From Rhizodiscina lignyota (taxonomy: Eukaryota), in contig ML978125.1 of the NCBI GenBank assembly GCA_010015805.1, positions 1,116,001-1,180,000 on the forward strand: a DNA stretch of 64,000 nt. The letters run 5' to 3'. The stretch's first letter is position 1; the number at the start of each line of letters is the position of its first letter. A program made the position numbers and the translations under genes. A model generated the notes under the pieces. It had not been told where the DNA came from and made no database searches. It worked only from the letters and a program-made list of their open reading frames with translations. Below are positions 25,447 through 37,514 of the stretch, piece after piece.

Positions 25447-25797
25447 TTACCCATTCGTCAACTCCTCCTGCCGCCCCAGTATCCTCGAGTGCCTGTTCAC
25501 CTCCTCTGTGACCTCCTTGATCTTCAACTTCTCCATGTCCAGATCCATCTGCTTGCCGTCTTCTACAAACGCTCCTGTCAGTATGTGGTTCCACAAGTTT
25601 GCCCAGAGATATCACGCACTGAACTTCAGAGCCAGCTTCGTCTTCTCCGGGCTTGCGCGCGGGAGTATATGTATGTTTATCTTCATGTTCTGCCGCGCAT
25701 TCGGAGGAAGGAGGGCGAGAAAGCTGCGTGCCGTCTTTGCGGTCGGGGAGAAGGGGTTGAAGCGCGTGGAGACTTCGGTGAGGAATTTTGTCATCAT
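25447..25797 (-). CDS. MRPL44: Mitochondrial large ribosomal subunit protein mL53 (yeast MrpL44); intron 25563-25619
   Basis: M(M)TKFLTEVSTRFNPFSPTAKTARSFL...LKFKDGKQM...EEVNRHSRILGRQEEL matches the fungal mL53 pattern. Confidence 0.88.
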
Positions 25798-26561
25798 TTT
25801 GGCGGTAGTCCGGAGGTGTGGTTATGGTTCGGTCAAGGTCTGGATCGTCTGTCCATTAGCGCGAGGTTGAAACTAAGTTGGAGCTGGCGTAACTGACAAT
25901 GGCTACCAGAGCATTTTGAGAAAGTCCTGGGAGCGATCTGATATCTTGAACTGAGCCTGGAGCTCGGCTATTCTGTAATCGCTGCTCCCTTTGGAGCAAT
26001 TTACCGGCAGGCGGTTAATCAGCGGACGCAAGTTGAGAACCAACTCGTCAAAATCAATGCGCTTGCGTAGGCCGGTGTCGAAATTTGGTGTCTGCAACTT
26101 TGGTACTTTCTATGAGAAGACGATTTCTCGGCGGGAGCAAGACACGTGATTTGTCCGGGTTCTGAGGCCAACGTCCAATCTGCACTCACCACGGCTCTCC
26201 CCCAAGCTCGCAACCTCCACATGCTGGAATCTGTATGCGTCGACTCACAGGCGAGTGGCTCTCCACTCACAAGGCTGGGGCACACTCGAAGCCTCAGGAT
26301 TACAAATGCTGTCGTGCGAGAGGCAGTGATTACAGATTGCAGGTGTTGTCAATACATTTCTTTGCAACGTTCTTCTGTTTCATCTCTACATGTTTCTTGA
26401 TGCTTTATTTCCTGTCCGATACTTTCCACTGAAGAACTTTCAGCAAGTGCTTCCTTCTCCTTGAAAGCATTTACCTCTTGCAAGGTTGAATACTAATCTC
26501 GGTCTTTCGCCCGCTTTCTCTACAAGTTCTGTTACCGGTTACCAATCCTCAATTTGAAGTT

Positions 26562-28697
26562 ATGGATCTACCATCGACAACCGGCGCTGAAGAAACCGAA
26601 CTTCAGGACTCCACAGATGATCTCTGTGCAGTTTGCGCTTCTTTAGATTTCGAGTCCTTGTATGACATGGAAATTGATCCGGACAGCTTCTATCATGTCC
26701 AGGACCTAGGCTTTTGGGATGAAAGTTGGAGGGAGCGAACATGTCCTTTGTGCCAATTTTTCCGTGCAGTTTTGGGGAAATCCTCAGCCTCATCATGTTA
26801 CCTATATGGTCCCTCTATCGGGTTGATGTCGACTTGCCAGCTGCGCCGATATTCTCACACAAAAGATGTTATTGTGTTGCCAGTTGAAACAGACGATGTG
26901 GCCGATAGATCGAACGATTGGCGAAAACGGTGCAGTCTGGAGCTTAACCGCACCCACCGCTCTGTTTTATTCTTGTACCCTTCCGGCGCCAAACCACATA
27001 AGGATACCGAGTGGTCCTCTGCATTTGGAGCCATTTTTCCTTGAGCGCCTGGACAATATTCGAGAAGAGGTCGTGAAGGGCGCAAAAGTTCGAGCGGAGT
27101 GGGACTTCTCACGCATTAAGGGGTGGCTAGATCACTGTGATCTACATCACGGCACGGCTTGTAAAGAAACTGAAAATGGGAACATCCCTAAGTTTCAATT
27201 GTTGAATTGCGCGACCGGAAAACCGGTCCTCGGCCAGCTCGACCAACCGTATGCCGCACTGAGCTATGTTTGGGGTCCCAGTCATGGGATACCTTCTGAA
27301 GAAAGCGGGCCAGAAATAACACAAACAATCAAGGACGCTATGCTTGTAACAAGCCAACTTGGTCTACAATATCTCTGGGTTGATCGTTGTTGCATTCCTC
27401 GAAACGACAAACGGGCAGAGCAGATACAATTGGGCAAAATGGATCTAATCTATATGCGCGCTGCTGTCACTATTGTTGATGCATATGGCGAAAATGCCTC
27501 ATCTGGCCTCTGCGGGGTCAGCGTACCTCGATCTCCCCAACCAAGGATGCGAATAGGAAACTTTACGCTGACTTCGTCATTCGGAATGCCACCTATAACC
27601 ATAAAGGGCTCGCCATGGAATTATCGGGGATGGACATATCAAGAAGGGATACTATCTCCACGATGTCTCTACTTCACTAAACATGAGGTCTATTTGGAGT
27701 GTCGGAGAAATACATTTCAAGAAAGCATCGATGATCCGGAAACTTTGATGCTTGCCCGGGCTTTATATGACATGAAAGATGATTTTGCCACCCTCGAAGC
27801 CTCAGTGGGGCATACAACCCGTGTATTTCCTTCCGACTGTTTAAACGAGCTTAAGCATAATCCCGATCGGATTTCAATAAGGATGCATGAGTATGGACGA
27901 AGAGATCTGTCATATCCGGCAGACGCGCTCAATGCATTTTCCGGCATTCTGTCCAGGTTCAATCATCCTCGTTTCGAGATCTCCTCGATATTCGGCGTAC
28001 CCATTCTTTGGACCTCCAGAGATTGGACATTTGAAGAAGGCTTTGCTGCGGGTCTCTCCTGGCGAACCATGACGCTACATCCAATAACAGGATCGTCATT
28101 CCCAACATGGTCGTGGTGCGCGTCGGGTGGGTGTTTACGCCAAGTTCAACATTACTACTTTACTGGTATCAAATGTCCTCCAGGACTGAGTTTCAGATTC
28201 GAAACAACGGCTGGGAATCTCGTATCATGGAGCGACATGAGAGAAAACTTTGACCGAAGCGATTTACCTTTTTCATGCGAGTTGAATCATATGTCATTTC
28301 TTGTACTCTCATGTATGAGGAGAATCCCGATGACAACTGGTGGGCAAAGTTAGGGACTCGGAGTGATCGTAGCTCCATTCTTGCTGTAGCTTTTCTCCGT
28401 TCTCCTGATGTTGCAGATGAGGCCTTTGATAAAGGCACTAACGAGATGCGCTGTGAAGTCTTGATACTTGGCGATCTAAGTCCTACGCGGTGTAAAGACC
28501 GTGAAGCTCTTAGTAGAGCTGTTGCCACGCGGCCTTTTCTGATGGTTATCGAAAATAAAGGTGACCATTACGAACGCATTGGAAATATAGAGCTCGGTTG
28601 GGCTGTGAAAAATTCGGACGGCGAACGACTCCCAAGTGGTACGGACATTTCCTGGGTCCTTGAGGACGCGCAGTGGCGAAGCATTAGGCTGGGTTAA
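26562..28697 (+). pseudogene. HET-domain gene split across three ORFs by two apparent frameshifts (about 27035 and 28310)
   Basis: N-terminal LC..C...CPLC..F (frame A), HET core YAALSYVWG/QTIKDAM/YLWVDRCCI/MDLIY/RGWTYQE/PTWSW (frame B), and C-terminal YERIG (frame A). I see no convincing intron at either junction. Confidence 0.65.
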
Positions 28698-29197
28698 TAT
28701 GCTCCCGATTTCCTTTTTCTCTCTTACTGTTCTGCAATCCTAAAGAGGGTTCAAGTGTGTCTTTATATCTGCAGGTCTTGCCGTAGAATAGGAATCTGTC
28801 AGAGATAAGCACTAGATAAGCTCACTCCTGTGTATAAGCACTACCAACCAACCTCTTCTCCTTCGACAGAAGGATATACACACTCTCACAGAATCTGATT
28901 GATGGCCAAGGTCTACCGGGTAAAGTTCCGCAAATGAGCCATTCCATGCACGTTGATTGTGTGAATAGATATGGTGAATTGTATCCGCCAATTGAACCGT
29001 TACTGGACACATATCTTCTTCTGAATTAAGCTCTAGGACCATAGAACATGTAAAGGTAGAATCCCGGGCCGTACAGTCTTGGGGTTGTCGAAAATTCAAT
29101 ATCACGTGAATATATAGAGGGCCCGTGCGCATCTCATTATGACATCTTTCTTTGTCAGAGCGTTGCTTGTCTGTCCTCCACCTCGCAACTTCTACCG

Positions 29198-30512
29198 ATG
29201 GCAATGGGCGCGCAAGCGCAGTCAATCTTCGCACGTCTGACCACGGTATCAGAGAACAACAAATCTACGATACAACTCATTCATAAGCTTGGGAAGACAG
29301 ACGAAGGCGACCTCCGCGAGGAGCTTAGTTCCGAAATTCACGACAGCTTGAACCAACAGGAAGACGAGCTTGAGTTGTTGAGGCAGGACGCTGAGGACGC
29401 GACTGCCGGTGCTACTCCGACGTCTGCTAGGCACAGGAATAGTGAAAGAGACCGGGAAAAGACACGGCTTAACATTCAGGTCGCGAGATTGGGAGAGGAC
29501 TTGAGGCAGTACGACCCCCGCAATCTATGTTCGTTTGGCTCTTATGATTCTTACGTTGCGAAATCACAGGTCTCGAATCCAATTCCGAAAAGCACAGATT
29601 CAAGCAAAACGCAACGCCCAGCTCGCGAAGCAGCAAGAACGCCACCTTCGTCTTGTCAGTATTCAAGAGGGCAGCAAGAGCGGAAACACCACACCAGTAC
29701 CGGGACGCAAACGTGGGCAAGAGAAGCTTACACAGGACGAACTAGTCGCCAGCGCGTCGACCGACGTCACAGCCGCCCTTAGACGGACCCAGCAGTTGAT
29801 GCAAACGGAGCTTTCGAGGTCTCAATTTGCTCAGGAAACATTAGATCAGAGTACTCAGGCTTTGGGGGACCTGTCAGAGCGTTACACCGACCTCGATACA
29901 TTGCTCTCCAGCTCGAAGACTCTTCTGTCGACGCTTGTGAGGAGTCAGAAGAGCGATACTTGGTATCTCGAAACCACATTCTACATCCTACTTGCTACGA
30001 TCAGTTGGCTTGTATTCAGGCGCTTCCTTTACGGCCCTCTCTGGTGGCTGCTGTGGTTGCCATTGAAGCTCGTCTATAAATCTCTGGTACTTATCTTTGT
30101 TGGTGCAGGCGCAGGCGTCGCCGGAAGCTCTGCCTCTGTCTCACCATCTACGAGCTTGATCGTGAAGCCCAGCGCGAAAGGGAGATCGCCGGAGAGGCCA
30201 GTAGGTGCTCAGTTCCAGCAGCCATATATACCAGTTGGACGAGGAGGTTACGGAGCCGGACAGGTACCAGATCCGAGTGTGCTGGGAAGCATTTCGCAGC
30301 AAGTTGGACAGATGGCTGAAGAAACTCGCAAGTCAGAGCAGCCGAAGCCGGATAAGAAGGACGAGGAGAAGAAGGACGAGCCGGTGCGTCGAGGTGATGG
30401 CACAATCTTAGAAGAGTCGGACGCTCCTAGAAACCCAAAGAAGAGGATGTTCGATGCGAAGGTCGAGCAAGAAAAGTACGAGGCGGAACAACGAAAGAAG
30501 GACGAGTTATGA
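29198..30512 (+). CDS. SEC20: ER SNARE Sec20; intron 29509-29569
   Basis: FRKAQIQAK, ASTDVTAALRRTQQLMQTELSRSQFA coiled coil, SQKSDTWYL, and a TM segment ending VFRRFLYGP. Confidence 0.88.
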
Positions 30513-30823
30513 TTCCTCTGGCTCTTCTTCATAGTGTGTACATGATTGCTACGACCTACGAACCTCATTGATATTCGATCCAATTGGGATATTAAGAGAG
30601 CAAATGAGAACATGCGTTGAACCGACCAAAATAAAGCTCTATATTGTACAATACGTACAGGTAATGCGACACATGTGCTTTGTGAGCAGTCGTCTCTTGT
30701 GACTGCTTCTTGAATACCGTGAGTCCATCCCTAGGAAACCAGAGTGGCTCTTCGCGAAATTCAGTCGTCCAGCCCGTGCCTTCAACGTTCCACTCTCTTC
30801 CATCCCATAGCCATTGATGTCGA

Positions 30824-31271
30824 TCATTTCGTCGCTGTCTCTTGCTGCTTCACGAGCGCTTCCAAGTCGAATTTGGGATCTGACGGATCTGTTATGATAC
30901 CTGCAATGACCAGATCAGCAATGCGAACAAAAGCATTGGGAGGCGACACTACTCACCAGAGGTAGATGCTGCTGCTGGTGGCGCATTCTTCTTCGCAAAC
31001 TCAGCCTTCGCTTGCGATATTAACTCCTCCTTGTGCTTGTACTCCTTGTTGATCGCGGCAAGCTTGTCCTTTGCCGTTATTGAGGCTTGGTGTGAGATGC
31101 CGTAGAAGATACCGAAGCCCAGAGCTGACCAGCGGAGTACCTGTATAGCTCAATGTTAGCCATATCTGCTCATGCGGATGTGAAATAGGCCTCAATGTAG
31201 CCAATTGAGCTGGAAAGAGAGCAGGTTGGGAGAATTCGGAGACGCACGTTGACACCCGCTGAGACGGACAT
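30824..31271 (-). CDS. TIM11: Mitochondrial ATP synthase subunit e (94 aa); exons 31271-31248, 31140-30957 and 30900-30824
   Basis: Spliced product MSVSAGVNVLRWSALGFGIFYGISHQ...LISQAKAEFAKK...ITDPSDPKFDLEAL, with a GxxxG-type TM helix. Not present as a single ORF in the supplied track. Confidence 0.9.
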
Positions 31272-31716
31272 TGTGCGCGCGACGCGGAGGCGCGAGCTGA
31301 TCCTCCTGTACCGTTTGAAGCGGGTCAATCGACCGGAGCAGGAGCGATCGTATGCGGTCGGCACGGAGGGGGGTTGGGCGGGTGGAGGAGGAATTGGTGG
31401 TGGTGATATGCTTCGGGGGTCGTTGCGGCTCGAAGTTTGCTGGAGCTCCAACTTTTCCCGCCGCTTCGCCGAGCCAGGGTTTGGACGCCAAGCCTGCTTT
31501 AGTCGCGTCCTCAAAGCTCTGGAGAGGCATCAAGGGCATCGGTTTATATTCAGCTTCAAAGTTATATCTGCGCGTCGACAAATGTGAACTGGTGCAGAGA
31601 GCCTTGCGCATACATGTACAACTATCCCGTATCCTAAGAGTGCGCGTCGACTGGATCATCGCGACCTTGTTAACAGCAATTCACCAAACGCGGATTTATT
31701 CTCCTCTATTCTCACC

Positions 31717-34107
31717 ATGGACGCCTCTTCCTCCTCCATGCAGGCTCGCCGAGATGAGATTCTAGCGAAGAAAGCAAAGTTAGCAGAGCTGAAAAGGCAA
31801 AGGGAACTGCGACAGAAGGAATTCTCAGTCGCAAGACAGAGCATCGGCGACGCATCAGAGGTAAGTTTCAACTATTTACACTGCATTCTGCGCGTTGTCC
31901 ATATTGTATAGCTGACGGGAGCCTCCTCTCAGCTAGTGTCGCCAGTTCCAAGTCGCGCTGACAATCGCAAAGAGCTAGACTCCCTCATCTCCAGTCTCGT
32001 TGGAGACAGCAGGCCAGGCTCTACCGGTCCCGCCAGCGTCTCTGCTTCTCCTGCGCGAAGGAGCCGGCCGACTTCAGTTGCGAATGTCAGCCAGCTGAGC
32101 GGGGAGAGCTTGGGAGATGTCGGTACTTCTGCGTCTACATCGGCGGTGCCAGTGTCACCTCCTGCTCCTCAGAGACTCTCCGTTGCGCCCATCATAACGG
32201 TTATTGAAACGCCTTCAGATCCAAAACCGGCGCCTGAATATGTTACATACAGCAAGGCAGTTCAAACAGATGACTCTTGGGCCTTGCCGAGAGATCAAGG
32301 GGTTGGAGCTGACGAAGGAGAGGACGATGAATGGGCTCCAGAATACAAGTCCTCCCGATCCAGCAAACGTATGAGTCGTCGGGATAGGGAAAGGGAAGAA
32401 GAGCTCCGGGAGAATATCCGACGAGAGATTGAGGATGAGCTCAAGGCGCTGCAGCAGTCGGGGACAGATGCAATAGCTGCGAATGGAACAGGCACACAAA
32501 CAGCCAACTTCCCGGCCCGGGCGTTGACGAACGAGGAGCTCAACGCTGTCACATCCCAACGGGACTTCTTAGACTTTGTGGAACGGTCAAGTAAGGTCAT
32601 AGAGCGCGCGTTAGACAATGAATATGATATCCTTGCCGACTACGCATTCCGTGCGGAGCGGGAAGTGGACGAAGATGAAGATGGATACGGTTGGAGAGGA
32701 AAAGGGGGCAGGAGGGTCAAGGAAATTGCACAGTTCTGGGACGAGCGATGGAGCAAGAGGCGCATGATCACTGATCTGGGCTTCTCACCAAAGGTATAGA
32801 AGTGCTGGATAACGGTGAAATGCAAAAATTACTAACGAACGACCTAGTTCCCGGAACTCGTCCTAGCAGCGTACACAAAATCTCCCATTGCTCCGCATGA
32901 TCCTCCCGGCCTCGTCCAGATTTGGAATATGCACATGCCATCCAGACCCGAATATATCCTCCACGGCAGCTCCGACATTCTTTGCGCCAAGTTCTCTCCA
33001 TTCCACCCATCAATTATCGTCGCCGGTACTTACTCTGGCCAAGTGCTTCTCTGGGATACTCGCAAGAATAGCCACACACCCACACAAAGAACACCCTTAA
33101 CGGGAGCGGGAGCGGGACATGGCCATTCCCATCCCGTCTACGGTATCGACATTGTGGGTACCCAGAATGCCAACAATATCATCTCTTGCTCTACGGATGG
33201 CGTCGTCTGTGGCTGGAGCATTGACATGCTTACCCAACCAGCCGAGTATCTGGAGCTGTCGGTACCCGCGGCACTTTCAAAGATTGAGGACATAGCGCCC
33301 ACCTGCATAGCTTTCCCTACCACTGATCCGACTTATTTCCTCGCAGGTACGGAGGAGGGCACGATCTACTCATGTCACCGCTATGACCGCGCCGGTGCAA
33401 AGGCTGGTGTCGATGCAAAGGTCGCGTATCGAGGCCACGCAGCGTCTGTCATGAGTCTGGATTTCCATCCTGCTCGAGGCGCCGTCGACCTCGGCGATCT
33501 CGTCATCTCGTCATCTATAGACTGGAGCGTCAAGATCTGGCGCGTAAGGCCGCCGGCAGCTGCAGTCACAGGACTAGATTCAAACCCCCAAACTGCTGGT
33601 GCTGGCCTCACTCCTGGTCTAAGCGGAACATCAGGCCTAGGCGCTGCATCTGCAACTGCTGGAGGTGTCAATTTAGGCGCTGGCGGTGTAGGCCCTCTGC
33701 TCGAAATCACGCGCGAGGATCTCGTCTACGACGCGCGGTGGTCGCCCGTTCGCCCAGGCGTCTTCGCGTGCGTTGACGGCGCAGGAAGCTTGGAGGTGTG
33801 GGACGTCAATGCCGATGTAGAAGTGCCAGTGCAAAAAGTCCAGCCGTCAGATGATTGGAAAGAGAAGCATCCCGGTGCGAGCTCTCGCTCGGCGCAGCCG
33901 GGAAGTTTGAGCAAGTGCGCCTGGGAGCCGAACGAGGGGAAGAGGATTGTGACGGGGGGTCTTGATGGCGTTGTGAGTGTGTTCGAGGTCGGAGGGATGT
34001 TGGGTGGTGTGGAGGGCGTAAGGGTGGAGGAATGGGCAGGCGTAAAGAAGAGAGTTGGTGCATGGGAGAGAGGATTGGGTGGGAATGCATTTGCGAATGG
34101 ACGATAG
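31717..34107 (+). CDS. nudI: Cytoplasmic dynein intermediate chain; introns 31861-31932 and 32794-32847
   Basis: N-terminal coiled coil (RRDEILAKKAKLAELKRQRELR), YSKAVQT light-chain site, DFLDFVERSSKVIERAL, and WD40 repeats (GTYSGQVLLWD, SSSIDWSVKIW). Confidence 0.9.
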
Positions 34108-34269
34108 GAAAATTGAATTCGGCCGAAGTGCGAAATTGACCTTTAAGCGTTCAAAGCATGGAGCATTGGCGGTGGAGTATCTGCGCATTTTGCATAGAAG
34201 GACATATTGTACAAGTGGCTCCACAGCCAATTTGGATCTAAAGAGAAAATGCATCCCTTGCCCACCAGT

Positions 34270-35464
34270 CTATGTTGTTTGGGTATCATTTCCTTCTTCC
34301 CACTCCAGCAAAGCTCCCATTACTCTTTCATAAGTCCACACTGTCACTGCACCGGCGGGAGCGGCTTTGACTAAGGCAACTCCAAGCCCACGATAGAGAC
34401 CACGGACTCCTTCCCTCGCAACAATCGTCCGCGCTGTCCGCACGACGCCACCCTGGTATTCTGGAATATTTCTGTGCACATACCGAGAACGCATTGGCCC
34501 CTGCACTTGCAGCCGCTTCCTGACCGTATCTAGCGGAAAGACCGCTGTCTTGCTGAAAACGCTGGCCAAAATGCCCGCTGCCGCGTCTGAAGCACCGGTA
34601 CCTTTGTTCCAGGGGAGAATTGCTGGAAGTCTACTCGACATTATGGAAAGCGGAGGCTTCAGCCCTTCGTAGAATGCAAAGAAGAGTCCCATATACGGCA
34701 CGATCTGCCCAACGCCTGCGCTCAGACCGCGAAAGAAGCCTTTGAAACCTTCATGGCGGCCGATGTCGCGCACTGATGCTATGAGGGAGGAGTATATTCG
34801 TTCACTGCCTTGCGCCGCGAAGCGTGTGCGGAGGAGGTCGAGTGGGTAGGTGGCGCTTGTTGCGAGTGTGCCCGCTGTAGCTCCGGCGAGGAAGTTTATC
34901 AGGGTCTGAGGAAGGAGCGGTTTGGGATTCGGAGTTGTCGAGAGACTGTTCGGCGCATGGATGGAATTGAGGGCTCGTGTCGTCGAGGTGTACGTAAGGA
35001 ATTGTATTGCGCCGTAGGTAAGATACAAAAGCTCCGCCGGGACATTGCCCTTCCAGAAAGCCTACTTTTTGTAAATGGAAGGCTACGATGCTAGAGAAGA
35101 TCCTGTACACACGGTTATGCCTTCCTCGCGGAGTATCGAGCGAAATGTCCTGTATGTCCCTTTGTAGACAGGACCGATGATGCCATTGTGGCTAAGAGGG
35201 TCCGATAATGAATGCGTCTGGAGCTGAAGCCGAATCTTGATCACGTCCAGGGGCGCGATGACGAATCTAGGGAAAAGTTAGGCATATAAAGATGCTAAGA
35301 AGGAGGTTGATGAATATGAAATACCTCGATACAAGCCCGGCGACGGCTCCGGCGACGACGATTTGTCGTTGATTGCCCTGATAATGTTAGATTCGGGCTA
35401 AAAGAATGTGTAGTAGGATTTTGAAATTTACCTCATTTTTCAAAGGCTTTACATCTCGAGACAT
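34270..35464 (-). CDS. TPC1: Mitochondrial thiamine pyrophosphate carrier (3 introns)
   Basis: Spliced N-terminus [62 protein letters not shown], and [15 protein letters not shown]. Confidence 0.88.
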
Positions 35465-35675
35465 CCACACATTCTCTTGGGCGCGCTGGCCGTCACTGTG
35501 AGAAGATTGGTGGTGTTGCACAGGATCCCTGGGTCGAGGTTGGGATGATGTTATCCAAAAATAATGTCGATGTCCGAGACGCTAGTCCAAAAGGGGCAGC
35601 GGAAGGTAAACTACAGACGCGAATGCACTTGTTGCAACATCATATCTACTGCGGGCAATGTGACGAGAAAGAAGG

Positions 35676-37088
35676 ATGATCAAATCGAGGGTCTGGAGAC
35701 CCTCTCCCGGAGTCTTCAGAGCACTCCAGTGCTCCAATGGCACTCCAATCAGGCGCTTCAGCGTCACGCCTCACGTGCCACAGCAAGAGCATGTGGGATC
35801 GAGCGAGGGACGACAGAGTTTCGACGATCCTAGAACCACAGAAAGTTCAACTTGGACGAAAAAGATCTGGACTATTCATGAAAAGCCAATTCATCACCAG
35901 TTCAACAATTACTTCCTGCGTGACTCATGCCGCTGTCCAAAGTGTGTCGATCCCTCGACGCAGCAAAAGCTTTTCCAAACATCAGATATCCCAATAAACA
36001 TTAGCGTCCGAGAAGAGCAGATCGTAGTAAATGATCAAGGCCGGGAGGTCATTCATCTAGCGTGGGATAAAGATGTCCCAGGCTATTCAGACCATATCAC
36101 CGAAATCCCTGTCGGGTTCTTGCGAGGTCTTGCTGCTGAGAATAGCAAATCCTCTGGGCGAGTGCAGTGGGATAAAGCGCGCATGGAGAATGAGATCCTC
36201 TGGATCGACTACGAAGACTACATGACATCGAACAGTGCTGTACTGAACGCTCTGCGCCAGCTTAGCAGCCACGGGCTTGTATTCCTGAGGAACGTGCCAG
36301 ACGACGAGAACTCTGTTATCCACATTGCAGAGAGGGTTGGTCCATTACGGGATAGCTTCTATGGCCGCACTTGGAACGTTAAGTCTGTTCCAGACGCCAA
36401 AAATATTGCGTATACCCACCAATATCTCGGCCTTCACATGGATCTGCTCTACATGACGAATCCACCGCACCTGCAGCTCCTCCACTCATTGCGCGCGAGA
36501 GCCTCAGGTGGCGAGTCAATGTTCTCAGACTCCTTCCGCGCGGCAGAGCTAATACGTAAAGAGGATGACAAGCTCTTCCGCAGCCTTGCTTTCACACCGG
36601 TGCACTATCATTACAAGAATGCCTCTCAGCACTATTCAACGCTGCGCACGACGATTGAACTCGACTTGGCAGGAATTGAAGGCGGCCACGGAGGTTTCCT
36701 TCCTCCCAAGGGGATTTCCGGAAGAGTGGACTGGAAATCCCCTAGAATCCCTAACGAGGAATCCCCCATAAAGCGTGTCAACTGGAGTCCTCCTTTCCAA
36801 GCACCTCTCAGAGGAATGAGGTTTCAGGGTAAGCATGGCAAAATCATGGAAATATATGTTGAAGCGGCAAGGCGCTTCAGTGAGGTTGTCAATGCGCCAA
36901 AGAACATTTTCGAGTATCGGCTCAAAGAGGGAGCCTGTGTCATCTTCGACAATAGACGAGTACTGCACGCGAGGAAAGCGTTCGACGTCAATGCCGGTGA
37001 AAGGTGGTTGAAGGGAGCATACTTAGATGACGATGTTTTCTACAGCCGACTTCGTGTTCTCGAAGATGAGGCGAAGTCAGAAGCTTAG
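35676..37088 (+). CDS. Mitochondrial gamma-butyrobetaine dioxygenase-like 2-oxoglutarate/Fe(II) oxygenase (Aim17/Fmp12-like)
   Basis: Arg-rich presequence-like N-terminus, LRDSCRCPKC Zn motif, HMD iron ligands, GGES.FSD, and FDNRRVLHAR. Confidence 0.88.
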   Translation: MIKSRVWRPSPGVFRALQCSNGTPIRRFSVTPHVPQQEHVGSSEGRQSFDDPRTTESSTWTKKIWTIHEKPIHHQFNNYFLRDSCRCPKCVDPSTQQKLFQTSDIPINISVREEQIVVNDQGREVIHLAWDKDVPGYSDHITEIPVGFLRGLAAENSKSSGRVQWDKARMENEILWIDYEDYMTSNSAVLNALRQLSSHGLVFLRNVPDDENSVIHIAERVGPLRDSFYGRTWNVKSVPDAKNIAYTHQYLGLHMDLLYMTNPPHLQLLHSLRARASGGESMFSDSFRAAELIRKEDDKLFRSLAFTPVHYHYKNASQHYSTLRTTIELDLAGIEGGHGGFLPPKGISGRVDWKSPRIPNEESPIKRVNWSPPFQAPLRGMRFQGKHGKIMEIYVEAARRFSEVVNAPKNIFEYRLKEGACVIFDNRRVLHARKAFDVNAGERWLKGAYLDDDVFYSRLRVLEDEAKSEA

Positions 37089-37514
37089 AGTGATCTGCCT
37101 GTACTTCATGTGCAGAGGCGTCATACTTTCGGTTTTCGAGTTTTGTGCATATTTACCAATCAGCAATTTGGTATGAAAGGTCACAGGAATGTCCTTTTAT
37201 TGCTGCAAGTCGATATTGGAGGTCGAGTGAACTGGGAGCTGCAATTGACCACCGAGCCGTTACCGAAGAATGCATTCGCCAACCGCGAAAGCTTCTTCAA
37301 AGAATTGAGCAATGGCACTTAGCGTATCTGCCCAGCTACCCCAGCCTAAGCTCTTTGGCCCAAGGAATGGACCATCGCTGGCGACCCTCCCTCTGCCTAG
37401 ACCTCATCTCCCTTTTCAGGAAACCTGCGCCCTCGGCGTGTATCCTCCTCAGACATACTCCGCGTCTCATGGCCCGCTCGATGTGCAGTGTTGAATATTG
37501 CGTTGCCTGAATAT

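Noticed and set aside
35030..35680. Possible TPP riboswitch in or near the TPC1 introns
   Set aside because: No CTGAGA / CTTGAT..GGATAAT.CCAGCG core was found on either strand, and the introns are too short.
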